Positions 25,340 to 36,362 of a DNA stretch of 64,000 nt are shown here, one piece after another. Source of the stretch: Glaucostegus cemiculus (lineage: Eukaryota); contig CDPCPM010000180.1 of assembly GCA_976551045.1 (NCBI GenBank), positions 1,054,001-1,118,000 of the forward strand, read 5' to 3'. Position 1 is the stretch's first letter; the number at the start of each line of letters is the position of its first letter. The notes under the pieces are model-generated. The model did no database searches, was not told the DNA's origin, and was given only the letters and a program-made list of their open reading frames with translations. A program made the translations under genes and the position numbers.

Positions 25340-25680
25340 TTAGGTGACATTCCGAATCTCTGTATAAGCAGAGCGTATATCTACTGGTGCATGCCACAGT
25401 AAGGCTACGGATAATCTACAGCCAAGACTGTCTGTTCGGGCATTTGTGCCTGCAGCAGAAAAGGTTACCATGGCACTCAACTTTTCTATCACAAAACTCA
25501 TTTCAAGCAGCCAGCCACAGGAGCTCTGTGTGATATTACCCAGGTTCCACCAGGCTATACACATCTGTCAGGTCACTGATACTACTCTTAAGAGAAATAG
25601 AGCATTCATTAAATTTGGCGTAGAAATGAGGCAGCTGGATGATAGAGTCATATTGTTCTTTCAGGTTGCTGGATTCTGCT
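25340..25680 (+). pseudogene. PIF/Harbinger (HARBI1-like) DDE transposase N-terminal relic
   Basis: LQPRLSVRA-(L)PAAEKVTMALNF..(S)FQAA..LCDITQ..ICQVTD..RAFIKF..FFQVAGF matches the Harbinger pattern ALPVxVKVTxALNFxAxGSFQ..CIxxVTDAL..FIxF..FxxIAGFP. Confidence 0.7.
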
Positions 25681-26489
25681 CTCTCTCATCCCTTAAGAAT
25701 GATATTCTGCAGTAATAGATGACTGAGTAGAGACTAGGAGTGACCCTTTGGTGAGTTACATGAACGGTAGCTGATAACGCTATACTGAAGCTTTAACTGA
25801 GAAGATTACTCAGGGGTGTTAAAGAGATGTATTTGCAATTTGTACATACAGTATCTGCAATATGCAAAATATTCCCAAGTAAGTACTTTGAATAGTGATG
25901 GCTTGCTGTGGTTCTGCAAAATGATCTGGACGTGGAGCTCCTGGAAATGTGACCCCACCTGTTCTGGAAATAAAAAGATCACAGAATAGATTGGTATTTG
26001 GAGGATTCCTCACAACCAACTACCAGATGCATCAGAACACAAAGATCTAAAGCGCCATTCCTCCCCCCCCCTTAAGTGAATTCATCCTTCACTCCTTCAG
26101 CTCAACTTGAAATCATTCAATTTAAAACTCACTGCTAGCCAGAAAATCCTCCCCTCACCTGTGATTTCCAAAATGCACTGCGAATAATTCAGCAAAATGT
26201 AAATTGATTCGGGGGGTAATTTTGGTAAAAGGTTAAAGAAAGGCACTAAATGTTCAGTGTGTTACTGGGAAACATTGATCCGAAGGTGTGGATTTCAGTC
26301 CAACTGACAACAACCAGGTTTTGAAACCAACAGATAGAGAGTGAAATTTCTCCTCAGTTATTTGCAGGAAGTGTGTGATATAGTAGCAACTACATTTCTT
26401 AATCTACTTCCAAAATCTGGTCTAGTGACACCATTTATTGATACAGTAGATGTATTTCTCCACTGCACTTTGATCACTTGAGCACTGAA

Positions 26490-27035
26490 TGGATGCAATT
26501 TTTGCTGGTGCTATACTGGTATGTGCTGGCTGGGAGAGGAGCTAAGGTTTAAAGAGATGTTTGTGACCGAGAGAGAGATAATCAAAGATCTCAGCCATGG
26601 CTCTCGACAGAGGCAACTGATATAGCATGAGAAAGGGGCACCGACAGGGTGACAGTCGGGAGTCCTGTCCCTCAAAACATGGATTCAATCCTGAAAATAT
26701 GTCACAACTCAGGAGTGGTGGTCAAACTCACAAATTGTCTTACAGCCACCAGCATCACAGGCAGAACATAACTAACCCACTATCTAACCACACACTGGTA
26801 TTCATGCAATCCACACTACTGTATCATCACAGGCACAGTTCGGACAAATCTCTCAACCCATTGTCCATCCACAAAAATGCACAGGCCAATGCACGTCTTC
26901 ACAATTGCCATTCCTTCTCTTCCAGGATGGGATAGAACAGATCAGCAGGACCTGAGAGGGGAAACATGACTCTGAGAGATCACTCCCCCAATGAGCAAAT
27001 ATGCTGGCAGTAACTTGGAGGGGAATGGAAGACTC
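26490..27035 (+). pseudogene. Harbinger Myb/SANT-like ORF relic (two exons with a decayed intron)
   Basis: RVTVGSPVP-KTWIQS..K..(L)..VVK resembles V.A.S..PRTWxQCRKKFNDLxRVVK; after a CA-rich intron there is an acceptor TTCCTTCTCTTCCAG (about 26910-26925); parallels 45760-47150. Confidence 0.45.
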
Positions 27036-27309
27036 TGTGTCTCCAGGAAAAGCGGGAAGTACAGAACGCGGCGTGTAGCCTCTCCCACTTCCCTATCTGC
27101 AATTATTCCAGATTTGTTCTCCCAAACATATCAGCACACATATCACAGATATCCTTCATGCGTCAGCGACCACACACAATGAACTCCATCTCTGGTAGGC
27201 TGAGTCAGTGCAGGATGCGAATTTTGTATGAACAGCGTAAAAGCAGTAAAAAGAACCAAACTGCTGGAAGAACTCAATGTGTCAGGCAGCACCTGTGGAA
27301 GGAAATGAA

Positions 27310-27347
27310 CAGTCAACGTTTTGGGTTGAGACCCTTCATCTGGACGA
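27310..27347 (-). ncRNA. Decayed minimal type-I hammerhead ribozyme motif in a PLE terminus
   Basis: Minus strand GTC-CAGATGA-AGGG-TCTCAA-CCC-AAAA-CGT-T-GACTG; two core substitutions. Confidence 0.5.
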
Positions 27348-27414
27348 AAGAGTAGAGGGAAGATAACAAGGCAAAGAAGGTGAGAGGAAGGGTGAGGCAA
27401 GAGCTGGCAACCAA

Positions 27415-27714
27415 TAGATAAGATCTCTTTATTACCCACATGTACATTGAAACACAGAGTGAAATGCATCTTTTGCATAGGGTGTTCTGGGGGCAGCCCG
27501 CAAGTGTCGCCACGCTTCTGGCGCCAACACAACATGCCCACAACTTCCTAACCCGCACGTCTTTGGAACGTGGGAGGAAACCGGAGCACCCGGAGGAAAC
27601 CCACACAGACACAGGGAGAATGTACAAACTCCTTACAGACAGTGGTTGGAATTGAGCCTGCGTCACTGGCGCTGTAATAGTGTTACACTAACTGCTACGT
27701 TACCGTGCCTGCCC
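27415..27714 (-). mobile_element. V-domain SINE with Rex1-like tail
   Basis: Reverse complement of the tRNA head, V core and ATGCAAAAGATGCATTTCACT..AATAAAGAGATCTTATC tail. Confidence 0.9.
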
Positions 27715-27914
27715 GTGGATCCAGGATCCTGGAATCAAGTGGGGAAGGGAAGGGGTGGAGATAATGACAGAGGCTGGGAGGTGGTAAGTGGAGACCACAA
27801 AGGACTGCAGAGGACGGAATCTGATAGGAAAGGAAGGTGGAGCATGGAACCAAGTAAAGGAGGTAGGGTGGGCAGATGGGAACAGTGAGGGGCGGGACTC
27901 CAACACCAGGAGTT

Positions 27915-28188
27915 GTTATCTCCACCCTTCCCTTCCCCACCTGATGTCATCTGCCAATCATCCCTGTTCACCTGGATTCAACTATCGCTTGCCAGCTCCT
28001 GCCGCACCCGTTCCCCTCACCTCTTTATATTGGCTTCTTCCCCTCTATTTATTCAGCCCAGATGAAGGGTCCTGACCTGAAACATTGACTGTCTATTTCC
28101 CTGTACAGATGCTGCCTGACCCGGTGAGTTCCTCCAGCAGTTCATTTTTTTTGCTCTAGATTCCAGCAACTGCAATCGCTTCTGTCTC
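27915..28188 (+). mobile_element. Penelope-like terminal segment, inverted relative to 27255-27900
   Basis: TATATTGGCTTCTTCCCCTC..GATGAAGGGTCCTGACCTGAAACATTGAC..GATGCTGCCTGACC..TAGATTCCAGCA. Confidence 0.85.
28054..28091 (+). ncRNA. Decayed minimal type-I hammerhead ribozyme motif
   Basis: CAGCC-CAGATGA-AGGGTCCTGACCT-GAAA-CAT-T-GACTG; the core has CAGA instead of CUGA. Confidence 0.5.
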
Positions 28189-29869
28189 AGTATAAAGACA
28201 GTGTCGTCAGATGTGAATATAACAGTCCATTCAAGCAGGCCATGTTGCTTATACTTAACCTTCAGCACAGAATTGGGCCTTTACAATGTGAACGTCAAAC
28301 ATGTTAGAACATATTTAGTTACAGGATCAAAAATTGTAGTGCCTTTTGTGCAAACCATAGTCATTAAAGCAATTCATTACTGACCAGGCAATGTATCCAG
28401 GGTCAGAAGAAGGCCACTTTATCTGCATAATGAAGATGGGCACCAACACTACTATGGGTACATCTTTGACATTAGCCAGAAGGACAGCTGAGGGGTAACT
28501 TATTGATTCCTTGGTGTAGCCAGGCCCTAGATCCATTTCAAAGTTCTTTACTGCATTTCTAGTGGACTTAGACCAGAACTGGGAGGAGAGCAGAAATCCT
28601 CAGTCTCATAATTTATATCTCATGGATGGGCTGGCCTGACTCCTAATGAAGGAACCAAGTCACAAATGAATTATGGCTGGTTCAGGAGCAGTATATCAAT
28701 CACGTCCCTTGCGCTTCCTCAACCATTCTATTTATGTCAGATATTTAAGTAAATGGTTATAATGTTTAAACAAAAATGGTACTTTGATTGAAATGTTAAT
28801 TTAAACTAGAAACTATATTGCTGCATGGAGTGTGGATTGATTCTAATGCCTTCTCTGTGGTTATGATGTAGCATTCAGGAAAGATTATATTTTGCATAGA
28901 TTACTCTGCTGTGTTTCATACAATGAGTGCCACGCCATAAAGCAATTAAAAACTAATAAGAATTCAATTTGTAAAGGGAATGAAAAATCTATCAGTTAAA
29001 AAGACAGGAGCTAAGACTTACACAATTACATCTGATTAATAAATCCTTATTTAGTCTCAAATTACATGGTGTATCCCCTTTGGACTGTTTGGGTTCTGCT
29101 GATACAAACATGATTTGCTATTAATAGATGAATGTTGTTTATTAGTCAACACACATGGTTCGCATCTTCCTGTCCTCAATGAATTTAAACTCCATCACCT
29201 CTAAGAAAAATAATGGTGGACTATGCATAAACCCCATACATTTATCTCAATGGGTTTTCACCCAAACATCCAATGATTTTTGCCACACATTCTATCTATA
29301 CTTTATTTTCATGATTGAATTCATGTTGTAAGGATGCTCACAATTAAATAAAGCCCATTTAAAAGTACGTAATAAATACGGAATGATATAATGAAGATTT
29401 ATCTAATCTATCTAAATTTTGGGATTTAATTCATCCAGACATTTTGAGTAAAGATTTTAATGAGAATTTAAGAGGTTTTTAAATAGTTAAATATAAAAGG
29501 GTTCTGTGAATGGTAGCACATATTGAATTAAAAATTCAAATCAAAGAGATCACAGGTGTTAAATCTACCAAAGGATATGATTTACACTTCTCAAGATAAC
29601 AGAAAAGGGCTGTTATTGTGGATATATTGGGCACAGGTTACTTCACTGTTTAAATGGTTTGGTTTGTAATTGTTTTACAACTGAAATATGAGCAACACTA
29701 ACCTTTTTAGAGTAGCCTTTATACCAATATACTTTGATTGTGCTAGAACACATTTTAATGGCTTCTCTTGTATTATAATGGATACCTATGGACACTGCAT
29801 GCTTAACCAGAAACAGTCCCCTAGATATTAAGTACTTTAAATGCTGTATACAGCCACAGAACCACAGGT

Positions 29870-30075
29870 ATTTACAGTACAGAAATAGGGTTTTCAGCTC
29901 ATGATGCTTATGCCAGTTCTTTGCTGCAGAAATTCAAAACTGGTCCCACTCCATATTTCTTTCCCCAAAGGCCAATATCTTCCACTGCTTCATAAATTTA
30001 TCCAATTCCCACTTAAAGATACAATGGTCTCTGCCTGAACCATTCTCTATGGCGCAGCATTCAATACTACAACTC
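29870..30075 (-). mobile_element. Old CR1 3' fragment
   Basis: TACAGTACAGAAATAGG..TATCCAATTCCC..TGCCTGAACCATTCTCTATGGCGCAGCATTC (reverse of the WNALP region). Confidence 0.55.
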
Positions 30076-30132
30076 CCTATAAAATCTGGAGCTATGTCAC
30101 AATGCTAATTTTTCTCTTCTTTCTGTTTGCAG

Positions 30133-30232
30133 AAAATATTTCTTGTCTTTTGTTTAAGATATCCTATTTTAAAAAAGAAACACATTTCTATCTTGAATTT
30201 CAAACGAGCAATGCAGAATCAGAAGCCAAAGG
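30133..30232 (+). other. Candidate internal exon (100 nt) of an unknown transcript
   Basis: Branch-like GCTAAT, polypyrimidine TTTTCTCTTCTTTCTGTTTGCAG acceptor and AAAGG|GTAAGC donor; two frames are open but neither peptide is recognisable. Confidence 0.3.
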
Positions 30233-33200
30233 GTAAGCTTAGCTGTTGTGTTGCATCCCTGCCTCTCAGTATCTCCGTCTGTTTCTGGGGGATTTCTGTT
30301 TGCTGCTGTCTGTGGGGAAGGTATGTTTCGAGTGATTTAGTGCAGCCATAAATTATGTTCACAATGTCTCTACGTAAGGAACACAGAGTACATCTGTATC
30401 CTATGGTGGTTCTTCTTTTAAAACCAAGAGTTCCAAAATCGTAACACATCTTAATTCCAACAGCTCAGTTCATTTTCAGAAATTAGCTATTTTCATCACT
30501 TTCCAGAAATGCTTCTCTTTTCTTTTTGAAATTACCTGGACATCTTCTCTGACAATAGTTCCTAGTGAGTTATTCTGTATACTGGCAAATGAAAAATTCC
30601 TATCAGTGTTCATTTATAACTTGTCATTTTTACTGATGTCCCATGTAATGTAAATAGTCCGGCAATAACCCTGCTGCAGTGGACAATGCGGCTTGACTGA
30701 ATTATTGGATTGTCTTCAAAATTTTAATTCAGTCATTATGAGATCTCTTTTCCAAAGAAATGCAAAAAAATCTTTAAATATTTGTCATATCTCAAATTCT
30801 CCAAGACAAAAGTCATCTTTGCTGTTTGTTTCTGTGACCATCCAGAAGTAATAATATCTACCATATGATTAGAGGATCATAACTAATGCAGAGTTTAAGA
30901 TTAAGCCTTAGAATATAATGATAGAAATTCATTTGATCTTCACTGTATCTCTCAGCTGAAGCTTATTTGCCCTTCCTTTATAATTATATACTCAGTTAAA
31001 ATGTGAATAGCATGAAGCATTGTTCAGAAATTAAGAGTGTCTGTAGTTTTCTGGGGGTTTTGAGAAGATAACTGCTTCGCTCCTAAATAGTGCTACAATA
31101 CATTACTTCATACTCTTCTTAGTTGTCTTACTTATCTTAAATGTGCCACGTTAATTTTTAGGTATTTCACTAGGTAAAATGAAACAATAGCTTCAGCCTT
31201 TCAAATATTAAGACAAGGTCAGTATGCCACATTTTGGTTGGCTCATATCTAGCCACAGAAGCACCCCAAAGGCACGTGCACAACTTCACAAACTGGATAT
31301 TCAGAATTGTCCCTGGAAAAAGTAGATCAATGCTACTAGTTCCATCACTAACATACTACTTCTACTGGGGACTATTGGGGAGGACTGTGGCAGAACAAGC
31401 CACATTTGAATCGAAGAAGTGAGCTACAGACACCAAGAACGTGTTCTATTGGAGTCGGGTTTACTCTGTCCATTTCTTGCTCTGACCCCAGGCCAGGCTG
31501 CGGGTAGGACCTGGGGACCGTGGGGACAGAAAAGGATCTGCTTCAGGTGTGCAGCCCTCTGTAGTGAAATATCCTGCTAATCCTCATGCTGAAACATAAA
31601 GAATTAACCGTTATGTAAGGTGGACACTGGGATCATTATTGAATGCCCAGGAAACTATTCCCTGTAAATCTTCAGGCGAGGAGGGGAGAAGAGAGCAGAA
31701 TCTGGAAAAAAGTTACTGGGCTGTAAGGAAAGCATATCCTGATGAAAAATACATCACATAGACACAGCTGTGGATTTTGTAAAGGAGAAAGACTCCCAGA
31801 GGATCCAAATAACAGCTCTCACCACTTCATTTATGATTGAACACAATTTGATAGATATATAACAACATATATTCATGAATTAAAATCATAAATAAAGTAT
31901 ATCCTCATTGTCCTTTTTTTCAGTTAGAACATTGTTGGCTGCAGAAATGTTATAGAGCGCAACTAGAGTTAAAAACAAATGTGTTTCTCATGGCATGAGA
32001 GATGGCATAGTGATTTGATGGGTGACCTAATCGTTCCTGTCCAATCCCTTTAATGTTTTTAATAAATAATTGATACATCTCATGCAATGCTATTGGTGGT
32101 AATATCTTTGACAGTTTTATAATGGAAAGTAATGCCCATGTATCATGTTAGCTACTAAGCTGACACAATTTTTCAGCTCGTATTGGCTTGAAAGAGAAGT
32201 CACAAGATAAAGCCTAACTCACCATGAATGGAGGTTTAGCAAGAGCATTCTCCTCCCAACTTCCTGAATCCTCACTAACTATTTTAATCTCTGCCTTCAG
32301 CCAGGACGGCCAGATAATTTGTCCTCTTGTCAATAATTTAAAAATAAAAACATTATAATTAAGAAGTTTATTTTCACTTACTGTACTGAAATAATGGGTG
32401 AAGCATCTAGTAATGTTTTCAGAAGTGAAATCCCACACAATATCGCAGTTCATTTCAGTACATATAAAAGAGGTTACTATAAAAAATCTGTGCAATGCTC
32501 CAAACTCGGTAACAATTTCAGAGGGACTCAGAGCAGTCCAGTATTTCTTGTCTGTGGAGGCTCAGTTGCTTTGTTTTAAAGCCATTGGTCATTTCACGAA
32601 ATGAGATCATTTCGAGATCAATTCAGAAACTTTTAGTGGTCCTTGTTAAAAAAGCCTCCACCAGCTTTTAGATTTGATCATTAAAAACATTCATAAATAT
32701 TAACTATGTAGCTATGTACTTTTATTTGGATATTTCACCCTACAAGGGAATTTAATGCAGGGAGCTATGGCAGCTCTGCTCTTACTAATTGTGACTAAAA
32801 AAGTGACAAGTGCTTTATGAATAGTGCCCGCAGGTTATACGATGAACCAGAAAATTAATTAGCTTTTTAATAAGAGTTCACACATCTGATTTAGTGAACT
32901 GATTCTGTAATTTCCTTTTGTGTGCAATTTTACTATATGCTTTTTGAACCATTTCTATATCAGAACATTTTGAGCTAGAGTTCCTGTAACCAGTAGCTCT
33001 AAAATGTGACAAAAGATAACAAAATGTTAGTGATGCATTCAGAACATTTGGAGTCATCACATAGAATGCTTTATCCTTCAGATGGAAACTGTCAAGGTCA
33101 TTTTGTATCTCACCAGGATATCCTCCCATGTCACCACTGGACATTAATAGAGCAAACATCACATATGTTGAATTGATATTTATGAAGGCAAAAGATTATA

Positions 33201-33844
33201 CCAAAGTTGTGGTAAATGAGGAAGTTCTCATAATGCTGTATGGCATGAAGTAGAAATAAAGACCAGGCATTTGAAAGGCTGGCAATATTAAACTAGATAT
33301 ATCAGTGGATTTACATGGAATCCATGCTGGATTGCTTAGTAAGAGCACAAGGCATTATGAATCCAAGATACTTTATTTCGAGTGATTTTAATTCACAAAT
33401 GTGTGTTCATATGAAAGCATCAAATTATGTCCAATCATAAATGAAGTGGAAAGAGTTGTTATTTGGAATCACTGGGAATCTTTCTACTTCATATAATTAA
33501 TGGTTATGTCTCGGTGATATATTTTTTTTCATCAAGCTATTCTCTGCTTATCTTCCTCCAGATTTTGTCTCTATCCTCCTCTTTGAAGGGTTTAGAAAGT
33601 AGAGAGTTTGGCTGATTTGCCAGATTGACATGAAGTAATGAGCGGCACAATACTGGTGTTTGCAGATGGCACAAAACTTGAACCTGTAGCAAAAAAGTTA
33701 AGAAGATTGTCTTAGTATTCAAGGAGACATGGGCAGGTTAGTGATGAGCAGACTCAGAACAGAGAAGATCAATACAGAGGTGATTTGTTTCAGTAGGAAC
33801 GATGTGGAGGAACCATAGATACTAAATGAGACAATTTTAAAAGT

Positions 33845-35465
33845 TCAGAATTCCGGAATTCAGAATCAGAATTCAGAATCAGTTTTATTGTCACAACCAT
33901 ATACAGACATAGTCTGCATAGGAGCGAGATACCGTCCTCCTCAGGTGCTCGTCCCATTAAATAACAAACAGAAGAGACACACAGACACACTGAACAAACA
34001 AAACATTAAAACTACAGAAGTTTAAATTAAATACAGCAGGTTAAATAAATAGTTTTAAAGTGAACGGGCTGGTGTCGGGCATTTAAAATGCTGGTGCATT
34101 TCTGTGCACCTAGCATCCCTTAGTGTTAACGAAGTAGCCGGAGGAATGAGAGAGTTCACAGTTCTGATGGCTTGTGGAAAGAAGCTATTGCTCAGCCTGG
34201 TCGTTCTCGCCCTGATACATTTGAGCCTGCTTCCAGATGGCAAAATTGTAAAGAGATAATGGGAGGGGTGAGAAGGATCCGCCATTATATTTTTGGTCTT
34301 CCTAAAACAGCGGTCCTTGTATATGTCTGCAATGGATGGAAGAGAGACACCTATGATCCTCTCCGCAGCCCTAACTATCCTCTGGAGGGACTTCCGCCCA
34401 GCAGCTGAGCAGCTTCCAAACCAAACAGTGATACATTGGGTTAAGATGCTCTCAATGGTCCCTCTATAGAAAGTTTCATAACTGAGGGATGGGAGTTTGC
34501 TTTCCTCAGTCTCCGCAAGAAGTAGAGGCGTTTCTGGGCTTTCTTAGTGAGGGCCGTGGTGTTAGTGGCCCAGGTCAGGTCATCAGTGACATGCACCCCC
34601 AGGAACTTGGTGCTGCTTACTTGTTCCACAGCAGACCCATTGATGGTCAGCGGGGCGTGCACACGGTGACCCCTCCTAAAATCCACTATCATCTCCTTGG
34701 TTTTATCCACATTCAAGGAGAGGTTGCTGTCACTGCACCACATGGCTAGTTGCTTCACCTCCTCTCTGTAGTCCGACTCATCGTCGTCCGTGACAAGACC
34801 CACCACTGTCGTGTCATCGGCGAATTTGACAATGCGGTTGGAGCTGGGTCTGGCCTCGCAGTCATGAGTCAACAAGGTGAACAGTAGCAGACTGAGCACA
34901 CAGCCCTGTAGGGAGCCAGTGCTCAGTGTGATGGTGCTCGAGGTGTTTTCACCAATTCTGACTGACTGTGCCTGCAAGTGAGAAAGTCCAGCATCCAGTT
35001 GCAGAGATGACTGCTAAAGCCCAGTGCGCTCAACTTCCTGATTAGCTGTTGTGGGATGATGGTGTTGAATGCGGAGCTGAAGTCAATGAATAGCAGCCTG
35101 ACATACGAATCCTTCTTTTCTAAGTGATATAGTGCAGAGTGCAGGGCAGAGGAAACTGCATCAGCAGTGGACCTGTTTGCCCGATATGCATACTGATGAG
35201 GATCCAAGGTTGGGGGGAGGATAGATCTGATGTGCTTCATGACTAGCGTCTCAAAGCATTTCATGACAATCGGTGTTAGAGCTATGGGACGGTAGTCATT
35301 CAGACACATTGCAGGTGACTTCTTCGGTACAGGTATGATAGTGGCAGATTTTAGGCACTTAGGAACAACAGCCTGCTGTAGGGAGATGTTGAAGATGTCT
35401 GCAAGTACTTCATTTAGCTGGTCCGCACAGTCCCTAAGTACCCGCCCCGGTATGTTATCCGGTCC
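33845..35465 (-). mobile_element. 5'-truncated Rex1/Babar LINE with a nearly intact RT domain
   Basis: ORFs 34923..35477, 34441..34977 and 34055..34285(-): [50 protein letters not shown]; (ATTCTG)n tail; candidate TSD AAAGT at 33840-33844 and 35466-35470. Confidence 0.93.
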
Positions 35466-35648
35466 AAAGTGGTGCAAGAACAGGTGTTTGCACTAACCAT
35501 TGAAGGCGACGGTATAGATTAACAAAACAAATGGTAGAACATGGGATCATTGATTTTATAAATAAAAGTACAGAGCATGAAACCTAGAATGTTAAGCTAA
35601 CCCATATAAAGCACTATTTCTGTCCCAGCCAGAGTATTATTTCCAGAA

Positions 35649-35935
35649 TAGTGGTTAGCGCAATGCTATTACAGCGCAGTGACCCAAGTTCAATTCTGAC
35701 CGCTGTCTGTAAGGAGTTTGTACATTCGCCCTGTGTGTCTGCGTGGGTTCCCTCCGGCTGCTCCGGTTTCCTCCCACATTCCAAAGATGTACGGGTTAGG
35801 AAGCTATGGGCATGCTATGTCGGTGCCGGAAACGTGGAGACATTTGTGGGCTGCCCCCAGAACACTCTATGCAAAAGATGCATTTCACTGTGTGTTTCAA
35901 TATACATGAGACTAATAAAGATATCTTAATCTTAA
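35649..35935 (+). mobile_element. V-domain SINE with Rex1-like tail
   Basis: tRNA-like head, V core, CATTTCACTGTGTGTTTC..ACTAATAAAGATATCTTAATCTT. Confidence 0.9.
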
Positions 35936-35974
35936 CTTTAGGATCAATCCAAATGCTTTGGAGAGGATGGAGAA

Positions 35975-36362
35975 GGGGGGGAGAGGGGAGATCTTATAGA
36001 AGTATACAAAATTATAAAGGCTATAGATAGGGTGAATGCATGCAGGCTTTTTCCCCTCAGGTTTGGTGAGGCTAGAGCTAGAGGTCATAGGGTTAGGGGG
36101 AAGGGTCAAACATTTAAGGGGAATCTGGAGGGGAACTACTTCGCTCAGACGATGGTGTGAGTGTGGAAATGAGCTGCCAGTGGAAGTGATAGATGTGGGT
36201 CAATTGTAACATCTAAGAGAGGTTTGGATGGGTACGTGGATGAGAGAGGTATGGAGGGCTATGGTCTGGGTGCAGGTAGATGACACTAGGCAGAAAACCA
36301 GGCAAGCATGGACTAGATGGGTGGAAGGGCCTGTTTCTGTGCTGTAGTGCTCCATGACTCTG
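35975..36362 (+). mobile_element. CR1 LINE 3' end nested in the older CR1
   Basis: RGDLIEVYKIIKAIDRV; GAAGGGCCTGTTTCTGTGCTGTAG..CCATGACTCT. Confidence 0.85.

Larger units (their letters stand above)
27255..27900 (-). mobile_element. Penelope-like terminal segment interrupted by a V-SINE
   Basis: CTGCTGGAAGAACTCAA..GGCAGCACCTGTGG..GAGACCCTTCATCTGGAC; the sequence resumes at 27715. Confidence 0.8.
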
